Virus record (IMG/VR): IMGVR_UViG_3300021376_002797
Coordinates: 1 to 64,000 of that record
Reading direction: 5' to 3' (one strand)
Origin: a virus
Length of the DNA stretch: 64,000 nt
The notes under the pieces were generated by a model that was not told where the DNA came from, ran no database searches, and saw only the letters and a list, made by a program, of their open reading frames with translations. The translations under genes and the position numbers were made by a program. Shown here in pieces: positions 49,917-57,326 of this stretch; positions within the stretch are counted from its first letter, which is position 1; the number at the start of each line of letters is the position of its first letter.

Positions 49917-50210
49917 TCACATAGTTTCAATATTGTGACTATCTGCGTCAGAAACTTTTTCAATTTCAATCCAAGTATCGCCTAAAACACAACCTGGTTC
50001 ACCTAATATAATAGGGTTATTTTTCTTTCTTCTTGAAAGGATTTGTGCAATTCTATTAATCTCATTTTCTCTACCTACAACAGGATCTAATTTTCCTTCT
50101 TCAGCTAGTTTTATAAGGTCTCTTGAAAAGTTATCTAAAACAGGGGTTTTAGTTTTTGTTTCTGTTTGTTTATTTTTTGATTTTTCCATATCGTCAAATG
50201 ATTCAATCAT
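49917..50210 (-). CDS. clpC: N-terminal part of the ClpC-like chaperone (73 aa) fused to a 24-aa IntN
   Basis: LDNFSRDL...[13 protein letters not shown]...[16 protein letters not shown]|CVLGDTWI. Confidence 0.92.
   Translation of the reverse strand: MIESFDDMEKSKNKQTETKTKTPVLDNFSRDLIKLAEEGKLDPVVGRENEINRIAQILSRRKKNNPIILGEPGCVLGDTWIEIEKVSDADSHNIETM
49920..49991 (-). mobile_element. Split intein N-fragment (IntN, 24 aa)
   Basis: Block A C1-VLGDTWI followed soon by a stop. Confidence 0.88.
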
Positions 50211-50284
50211 AATAATCTTTTTAATTTTTTATTTGTTTAAAAGTTAATTAAATAAAGACCAATAATCAATATTTTTTATTTTTT

Positions 50285-50317
50285 TGTCATCATGTCAGAT
50301 ATACTGACATTTTGTCA
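50285..50317. promoter_or_regulatory. TGACA/TGTCA palindromic operator-like array
   Basis: ATGTCAG-atata-CTGACAT overlapping TGACA-ttt-TGTCA in the divergent intergenic region. Confidence 0.55.
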
Positions 50318-50407
50318 TGTTATAATTTGAAAACATTAAAATTTACTTATTTGGCATTTATTTGGTGTAAAATCTTACCAAAATAAACTTATAAATAAAA
50401 TAAAATT

Positions 50408-50773
50408 ATGTTTAGTAGAAATTTTGAAAAATTATTTAATGAACTATGGTCATCAGATCCATTTTTTAATGGTGATAATTGGGAAAGAAAAAACTATAAG
50501 TCCGAAGATGGTAGTATTTCATTTACTTACATTACAAACAAACGAGGAGGACTGAATAAACAAGATGAAATATCATTATTAAAACAAAAACTTGATATTG
50601 CAGTTGATGAACAAAATTTTGAGGAGGCGGTAGAACTCAGAGACAAAATTAAAAATTTAGAGAAAAATAAAGAAGAATTTACAAAACTTAATAAAGAACT
50701 AGATGAATGTTTAAAAAAACAAGATTTTGAAAATGCAATCAAATTAAGAGATAAAATTAGAAGTTTAAAATAA
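50408..50773 (+). CDS. Tandem UVR (UvrB/UvrC motif) protein, putative ClpC adaptor
   Basis: AVDEQNFEEAVELRDKI and CLKKQDFENAIKLRDKI. Confidence 0.85.
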   Translation: MFSRNFEKLFNELWSSDPFFNGDNWERKNYKSEDGSISFTYITNKRGGLNKQDEISLLKQKLDIAVDEQNFEEAVELRDKIKNLEKNKEEFTKLNKELDECLKKQDFENAIKLRDKIRSLK

Positions 50774-50795
50774 AAATGTTCTTATTTTAGTTTTG

Positions 50796-50824
50796 AACCT
50801 GTCCGTGAGGATGGGTTTTTTTTT
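50796..50824 (+). terminator. Intrinsic terminator
   Basis: AACCTGTCC-gtga-GGATGGGTT followed by a T tract. Confidence 0.75.
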
Positions 50825-50900
50825 GATTTATGGTTTTTTTTATTAATCGTTATATTTATTATAAAAAGATAATAAAAAAATAAAAATAACAAAAAAAATT

Positions 50901-51215
50901 ATGAAAAGAGTTATTAGATTAACAGAATCAGATCTTACAAGAATTGTAAGACGAGTTATTAAAGAATCAAAAGGGGTTATAAATGAGGCGTATGAGCCTG
51001 GTGCCACATTCGAAGTGGGCGAAATAACATACACTATTGAAGGTAGAGGCACTTTAGGACCTAATGGAGAACAATGTTTTTTCACAATGCAATTCAATGG
51101 TGGCGGTAAAAGATATGACGTAAGTGAAAAAACAATCAATAATATTCAAGATGCGAATTTAAAAGCGACTCTTCAAACTATTATGAGAACAGTAAAGAGA
51201 GAAATAGGTTGTTAA
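50901..51215 (+). CDS. Hypothetical protein with MKRVIRLTESDL leader
   Basis: Leader near-identical to those of 653 and 40536. Confidence 0.8.
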   Translation: MKRVIRLTESDLTRIVRRVIKESKGVINEAYEPGATFEVGEITYTIEGRGTLGPNGEQCFFTMQFNGGGKRYDVSEKTINNIQDANLKATLQTIMRTVKREIGC

Positions 51216-51649
51216 TTTAAGATAAGTAAATTATTTTTATTTGCAAATTTTAAAGTCGTTGAGTTATAATCTTTTTCAAAATAAAATTGTTTTACACTTT
51301 TTTCATTCTTATTAAGATTAATAGTTAAACTAATATATATTTTTGATGAGGGGTCTGAAGATCCCTCATTGTATTTTATATTAAATACGTTATAACTAAT
51401 CGTATCAATTGATAATATTTTATCAACACTTTTGAATTTACCTAGTTTAGTTGTAATTATTTTTTTATCAAAATCAATCATAAAAGTTTGATTTATATCA
51501 ATATTAAATCCATTACCTAATAAATTTTTTTCACCGACATTACCAAAAGATGATGAAAAATTAAAACTGGAAACAATCACAAAAATTGATTGGGACATTA
51601 AATTAAGTGATGCGATTGTAAATAATAAAGTTAAAATCAAATTTTTCAT
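51212..51649 (-). CDS. Secreted protein with signal peptide
   Basis: MKNLILTLLFTIASLNLMS|Q; TATATTTG at 51683-51690. Confidence 0.75.
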   Translation of the reverse strand: MKNLILTLLFTIASLNLMSQSIFVIVSSFNFSSSFGNVGEKNLLGNGFNIDINQTFMIDFDKKIITTKLGKFKSVDKILSIDTISYNVFNIKYNEGSSDPSSKIYISLTINLNKNEKSVKQFYFEKDYNSTTLKFANKNNLLILN

Positions 51650-51742
51650 GAGGTTTAATTTTTTAGGTGAATAATTATACTACAAATATAATCATTTTTC
51701 TTGATTTAAAAAACTTTTCTAATATTTTTAGAATAAAAAATT

Positions 51743-51991
51743 ATGGCAATTAAAAGAACTGATATTAACGGAACCAAAATTACTTGTGAAATAGAATCAA
51801 GTAACCTTAAAACAACTATATACGACACCGAATCTAATAAATTAATAGTGGAGTTCAAAAACGGATTTAAATACGAATACGATGAGGTCCCCCATAATAT
51901 CTACGCACAGTTTAGATTATCGGATTCCCAAGGTAAATTTTTCAATACCCAAATTGCAAAAACATTCAAATACAAAAAATTAGATAAATAA
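51743..51991 (+). CDS. KTSC domain protein
   Basis: ESSNL...YD...LIVEFKNG..YEY.EVP...SQGKFFN. Confidence 0.88.
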   Translation: MAIKRTDINGTKITCEIESSNLKTTIYDTESNKLIVEFKNGFKYEYDEVPHNIYAQFRLSDSQGKFFNTQIAKTFKYKKLDK

Positions 51992-52013
51992 TTTTCACGC
52001 CATATTTATATAC

Positions 52014-52766
52014 ATGGCAAGTTCTGAAAAAATAATAAATAGTTTTTATCTTCAAGACGAATTTAACCCAAATGTGTGGGATAATTCCGACAATCCAAAA
52101 ACGGTAAAACTAAAACCTGAAATTAGAGAAAGACTTTTAAGAGTTGCAAATCTTTTTATTGAATTTTTAGATACGGATCTTTTTATTCAAGATGTCATTT
52201 TTGTAGGTTCACTTGTTGGTTACAATTGGAGTGAATTTTCCGATTTTGACATCCATATATTAATCGATCTTGATGAATCAGAAAATAGAGAAATGACAGA
52301 AGAGTTGTTCAGACTTAAAAAAACAGTGTTTAACGCAGCTCACGACATTTTTATAAAGGGTTCTGAAACGGAATTATATGTACAAGACGCAAATGAAAAA
52401 AATGAAAGTCAAGGGGTTTATTCTTTATTAAATGACGAGTGGTTAAAAATACCAAAAAAAGAAAATTTCAAAGTAGATAAGAAAAAATTAATGACCAAAG
52501 TTGACCAATGGATGGATATTATTGATGGTGTTTTGGAAAATGCCGAAGATGAAGATATTGAAGATGCTGTTAAACTTGTAAAAAAATATAGAGAAAAATT
52601 AAGAAAATATAGAACTTGTGGATTACAAAAAGAGGGTGAATATTCTTATGAAAATTTGGTCTTTAAATTTTTAAGAAGAAACGGTTATATAGGAAAATTA
52701 GAAAACTTTAAAAACGAGTTTATAGATAAAAAACTATCTTTAGAACAAGAAAATAAAGAATACTAA
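52014..52766 (+). CDS. Pol-beta superfamily nucleotidyltransferase
   Basis: GSLVGYNWSEFSDFDIH...ELYVQD. Confidence 0.8.
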   Translation: MASSEKIINSFYLQDEFNPNVWDNSDNPKTVKLKPEIRERLLRVANLFIEFLDTDLFIQDVIFVGSLVGYNWSEFSDFDIHILIDLDESENREMTEELFRLKKTVFNAAHDIFIKGSETELYVQDANEKNESQGVYSLLNDEWLKIPKKENFKVDKKKLMTKVDQWMDIIDGVLENAEDEDIEDAVKLVKKYREKLRKYRTCGLQKEGEYSYENLVFKFLRRNGYIGKLENFKNEFIDKKLSLEQENKEY

Positions 52767-52806
52767 ATAAATTACTATTTATTGATATATTTATATATAA
52801 AAAACT

Positions 52807-52998
52807 ATGCCGACAACTGCTTGTACAGATAATTATTATAACACCGTAGTAGTAGGGTATGTCCCTGGAACAGGTGATACGGTAGGTCAAGTAGTAACAT
52901 TTACTACACCTAAACCTGAATGGACAGACGCAAATAACCAACAGGCAAAACAGTGTAATGCAGTTGCTCTTGGCGGATTTAATGGACTAAACAATTAA
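52807..52998 (+). CDS. Hypothetical small structural protein
   Basis: TATTTATA at 52788. Confidence 0.65.
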   Translation: MPTTACTDNYYNTVVVGYVPGTGDTVGQVVTFTTPKPEWTDANNQQAKQCNAVALGGFNGLNN

Positions 52999-53010
52999 AA
53001 AAACAAAAAA

Positions 53011-54339
53011 ATGGCAGATTTAAAACCTTTAGGTAGTGAAAAATTACAAGGTATGGAAAAAATTAACCGTATCATGGAGATTGCTAGATATAAAGAAACA
53101 CCTAAAAATTTAGTCAACGAAGTTTCATCAGTTGATTATACTATAACTTTGGCTGACGGTAAGACTTATGGTATAGTTAAAGAAAAATTAGGTTATATAA
53201 TTAAAAGTGGATTGAATGAATCAACAATGGATTATGTTGATATTATGAGACACAGAAAACACTACAGGTCATATTCTGAAGCTATGAAAAAACTAAACTT
53301 GATGGCATCTGAAATCAATAGAGTTACAGGTTATGATGAAAATATTTCGTTAATTGGTGAGCAAACTGACTTAAAAAAAAAATTCGTATTAAAACTTCCT
53401 AAACCAAAAGCAGATAAACCCGCTGGAGAAACCACACCACCAGCACCTCCTACTGGTGATATGGGAGCACCACCTGCGTCTTCTGAACCCCCTGCACCTC
53501 CTGCCGGTGATATGGATATGGGTGCACCACCTGCACCTCCTGCCGGTGATATGGATATGGGTGCACCACCTACTGGTGATACAGGAACACCACCAACAGA
53601 CGATATGGGATCACCCAATGATGATAACATGGGAATGCCACCAACAGATGATATGGGAATGGCTGAAACACCTCCACCCCCTATGGATGATATAGGAATG
53701 GAAGACGAAGGTGAAGAAGAGCCACAAGGACCAACTGGTTTAAAATCAATTCAAAAATTAACAGGTAGATTAAGTCAAAAAATTCGTGCCTTTGAAAAAG
53801 AAAAGGGTATGGATTCTCAAGACATTAAATATGTTTTAAATTCAATAATTTCAGCATTAGAACTTGAAAACTTAGACGAAGACGATAAAGATGATATAAT
53901 CTCTAAATTTGACGAGTCTGATGAGTATGGTGAAGAAGGTGCAGGAGAATTGGATTTAGGAGATGAAGATACAGGTATAGAAGATAATATGGATATGGGT
54001 AATGATATGGGAGGTACTCCACCCCCACCACCAGCAAATAATATGATGGAATCAAAAGTAGATAAATTATTAAAATCATACTTCAAAATTTCTGAAAAAG
54101 AAAAACCAATTTTAGAAGAAAAGAAAAAGAAAGACTTCTTAAAACAAAAACTACAAAGACTTGATGTAAAAAAAGAATTTGTAAAATTAAGTGAAAGTTT
54201 ATCACAATTAGAAGCGGCAAACGAATTTCACAAAAAATATAAAAACGCTAAATTTATTGGTAAAACAAATAAAGAAAATTTAGTTTTTGTTGTTGAAGGA
54301 AAACAATATAGAATAACACCAAGAGGGAGGGTTATATGA
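53011..54339 (+). CDS. Hypothetical protein with Pro/Gly/Asp-rich linker (head module)
   Basis: 442 aa; includes a 39-bp tandem repeat at 53491-53568. Confidence 0.8.
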   Translation: MADLKPLGSEKLQGMEKINRIMEIARYKETPKNLVNEVSSVDYTITLADGKTYGIVKEKLGYIIKSGLNESTMDYVDIMRHRKHYRSYSEAMKKLNLMASEINRVTGYDENISLIGEQTDLKKKFVLKLPKPKADKPAGETTPPAPPTGDMGAPPASSEPPAPPAGDMDMGAPPAPPAGDMDMGAPPTGDTGTPPTDDMGSPNDDNMGMPPTDDMGMAETPPPPMDDIGMEDEGEEEPQGPTGLKSIQKLTGRLSQKIRAFEKEKGMDSQDIKYVLNSIISALELENLDEDDKDDIISKFDESDEYGEEGAGELDLGDEDTGIEDNMDMGNDMGGTPPPPPANNMMESKVDKLLKSYFKISEKEKPILEEKKKKDFLKQKLQRLDVKKEFVKLSESLSQLEAANEFHKKYKNAKFIGKTNKENLVFVVEGKQYRITPRGRVI

Positions 54340-54755
54340 ATTTAGTTTATGTTAATGAATTAGGTCCTAACTATAAAGGTGATAATATATATGAGTTTAT
54401 ATTTTCTGATTTAGATGACGTGTGGGGAGATGATTGGGATGCAGAACCGGCATCAGGAAAACCATCACCTCCTGATATTAACTATATAAAAAGAGTTGGG
54501 GCATTAAAAAATTCAGAAATTGAGTTAGAATTAATTCAAAACTCGGATTATTTTGGTGTTTACGACGCAATTGACGGTGTTATATCTTTAGCGTGGGAAA
54601 AGAGTGATAGTGATGAGATATTAATTAATAAAAGAAAAAGACTTGTTTTTCAATACGGAGAAAGTGTTGAAAGTGTTGAAAACAAATTATATGAACGAGA
54701 CATCGTATTAAAATGGGAAAAAAACTTAGTACAAGATGAAACATATGAATCCTAA
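54336..54755 (+). CDS. Hypothetical protein
   Basis: Coupled ORF (ATGA overlap). Confidence 0.75.
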   Translation: MNLVYVNELGPNYKGDNIYEFIFSDLDDVWGDDWDAEPASGKPSPPDINYIKRVGALKNSEIELELIQNSDYFGVYDAIDGVISLAWEKSDSDEILINKRKRLVFQYGESVESVENKLYERDIVLKWEKNLVQDETYES

Positions 54756-55509
54756 AATGGTTAGACTACTACATGAAGGGTTTTCTATCTCAACTTTAGA
54801 AAACTTAACTGAAGGTCAGTTAAATTTGTTGTATGAAAAGACTAAAAAGGTAAAAAAGGAACCTAAAGAGGCCGAACAAGTAACAAAAACTATTACCGCA
54901 ACAAAATATAAACCCGAAGAAATAGCACAGTTTAAAAATCCTGATGGTTCCTATAGCATACCCCAATCTGAAGGGGAAGTAACGGAAAGAGCAAAATCAA
55001 AAAAACAACAACAGTTTTTTGGTATTGTAAGAGGTATGCAAAAAGGAGAAATACCTAAAAAAGGTGAAGCAGGAAAAAAAGCCAAAGAGATGGATCCTAA
55101 AGATGTTAAAGATTTTGCGTCAACAAAACACAAAGGTTTACCAAAAAAAGTTGAATCAAAAGAAGGTTCAGAAAAATTTATTCAAAAAGCAACTAAAAAA
55201 ATAGAAAAAAAAGGAACTGAAGGCAAATTCGGTAGATGGTGTAAAAAAGAAGGTTTGGATTCTGACGGTGAAGTTACTAAAAAATGTATTTCAGCAGCAA
55301 TGAAATCAGATGATCCTGCGGTTGTTAAAATGGCAAATTTTGCAAAAAACATCGGTGGTTTTAAAGGTTCAGAACACAAGAAAAAAACAGAGTCAAAAGA
55401 AAATGTAAAAAAACTTGAAGAAAACATTTTAAGACTTATTGAAGATTATTTACCTCCACATACAACAAAAGGTGAATTATTAAGAACAATTAAAAGTATT
55501 AAAAGATAA
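54736..55509 (+). CDS. Basic hypothetical protein upstream of terminase
   Basis: AKSKKQQQFFG...DVKDFASTKHKGLP motif recalled from T4-like phages. Confidence 0.7.
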   Translation: MKHMNPKMVRLLHEGFSISTLENLTEGQLNLLYEKTKKVKKEPKEAEQVTKTITATKYKPEEIAQFKNPDGSYSIPQSEGEVTERAKSKKQQQFFGIVRGMQKGEIPKKGEAGKKAKEMDPKDVKDFASTKHKGLPKKVESKEGSEKFIQKATKKIEKKGTEGKFGRWCKKEGLDSDGEVTKKCISAAMKSDDPAVVKMANFAKNIGGFKGSEHKKKTESKENVKKLEENILRLIEDYLPPHTTKGELLRTIKSIKR

Positions 55510-55512
55510 TGA

Positions 55513-57288
55513 ATGTCTTTATCAAGGGAACAAGCCTTATTGGAATACGCCAAATGTGTAAATGATACTCCTTACGCACTTAAAACATATTTACAAACTT
55601 ACGACAATACACAATCAAAATATGTCCCGTTAGAATTATTTATCGACCAAGTTACGTTAGTAAAGGATTATGATAGTTACGAAGAGAACATCGCATTAAA
55701 ATACCGTCAGGCTGGTGTTTCTACAGTAACATCAGCATGGGCATCAAAGAGGTTGGTATTTGCTAAAAAAGAAAAACCTGAAAAAATCCTGATAATTGCA
55801 AACAAAATGGACACTGCCGTTGAGATGGCAAATAAAGTAAGAGCGTTTGTAGATCAATGGCCGAAATGGATGGGTGTTGGTTTTTCTGTTGAAAAAAACT
55901 CACAAAGACATTTTAAACTAACAAACGGTTGTGAAGTGAAGGCGGTTGCAACATCAAAAGACGCTTTACGTGGTTATACACCAACTATATTGATATTTGA
56001 TGAGGCGGCATATATTAATGCCGACGAAGACTTTTGGTCTGCATGTATGGCGTCTCTTTCAACCGGAGGTAAAGTTATAGTAATATCAACACCAAATGGA
56101 TTCGACCCAATTTATTATTCTATATATAGTCAGTCTGTTAAAGGTATGAATGACTTTAGAATTACTGAAATGTATTGGTTTAGGGATCCTAGATATTCTA
56201 AAGATTTAAAACTCATTAAATGTCGTGATATTGTGCATTATATGTTAAATAGGGCCGACTATAAAGATGAAGAAATAACCATTGATTATGGTAACATTAA
56301 AGTTAATGAAAGAAACTTTGAAGAAATTAAACAAAAAATAGAAAATGGTGGGTATAAGGCTTATAGTTCATGGTTTGAGGCCATGGCTAAAAAGTTAAAA
56401 TTTGATAGAAGGAAAATATCACAAGAACTTGAATGTAACTTCTTAGGTTCAGGAGATAATGTAATTCCTGCAGAAACTATGAAAAAAATTAAAGATAAAC
56501 ATATTAAAGAACCTGAAAATAAATTTATGGGTGGAGTTCTATGGCAATGGAAAGAACCTGTTGCCGATCACCGATATATAATGGGTATGGACGTTTCACG
56601 AGGCGATAGTGAAGATTTTACAACATTTACTATTATTGATTTTGATGAAAGAGAACAGGTTTTGGAATATTTAGGAAAGGTTCCACCTGATGTTGTGGCA
56701 GAAATTGCATATAAATGGGCAACCATGTATAATGCATTTATTGTGACCGATATTACAGGAGGTATGGGTGTTGCAACATCAAGAAAACTACAAGAACTAG
56801 GATATAAAAATTTATATGTCGATGGAGTGAATCCCACAGATAAATGGAAATGGGACCCTAAAGCAAACGAAAAGATACCAGGAATTAATTTTAATTCCAA
56901 AAGAGTTCAAATTGTTGCGGCATTTGAAGAAGCGTTAAGACACGATTTTGGTGTTAGGTCTCAAAGATTATATAATGAATTAAACACATTTGTTTATGTA
57001 AACGGTAGGCCTGATCACCAAAAAGGGCAACACGATGATTTGATTATGTCATTAGCAATGGCTTTATATGTTGCAGAAACATCTTTTTCAAAATTAGAAA
57101 AAGCAACGGAACACGCAAAGGCAATGATTGATTCGTGGACAACGGATAAAAATGAATATAAAGATTCCTCGGCCAATTTTAATCCCGGTTTACCTGTTAT
57201 GACAGGATTACACGAATACTCTAGTGGTCAGGTTAGTAAAAGTGATTATGAAAAGTATTTATGGTTATTCGGAGGAAAAAGAGTTTAG
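55513..57288 (+). CDS. Terminase large subunit (T4 gp17-like)
   Basis: KYRQAGVS, LIFDEAA, ISTPNG, GMDVSRG, HDDLIMS. Confidence 0.95.
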   Translation: MSLSREQALLEYAKCVNDTPYALKTYLQTYDNTQSKYVPLELFIDQVTLVKDYDSYEENIALKYRQAGVSTVTSAWASKRLVFAKKEKPEKILIIANKMDTAVEMANKVRAFVDQWPKWMGVGFSVEKNSQRHFKLTNGCEVKAVATSKDALRGYTPTILIFDEAAYINADEDFWSACMASLSTGGKVIVISTPNGFDPIYYSIYSQSVKGMNDFRITEMYWFRDPRYSKDLKLIKCRDIVHYMLNRADYKDEEITIDYGNIKVNERNFEEIKQKIENGGYKAYSSWFEAMAKKLKFDRRKISQELECNFLGSGDNVIPAETMKKIKDKHIKEPENKFMGGVLWQWKEPVADHRYIMGMDVSRGDSEDFTTFTIIDFDEREQVLEYLGKVPPDVVAEIAYKWATMYNAFIVTDITGGMGVATSRKLQELGYKNLYVDGVNPTDKWKWDPKANEKIPGINFNSKRVQIVAAFEEALRHDFGVRSQRLYNELNTFVYVNGRPDHQKGQHDDLIMSLAMALYVAETSFSKLEKATEHAKAMIDSWTTDKNEYKDSSANFNPGLPVMTGLHEYSSGQVSKSDYEKYLWLFGGKRV

Positions 57289-57326
57289 TTTAATTTTTAT
57301 CTGACTATTTTTAAAATAAAAAAAAT

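Noticed and set aside
49893-49919. Sequencing error or stop readthrough in a contiguous intein
   Set aside because: Two different in-frame stops and a typical A-rich initiation region argue for a real split
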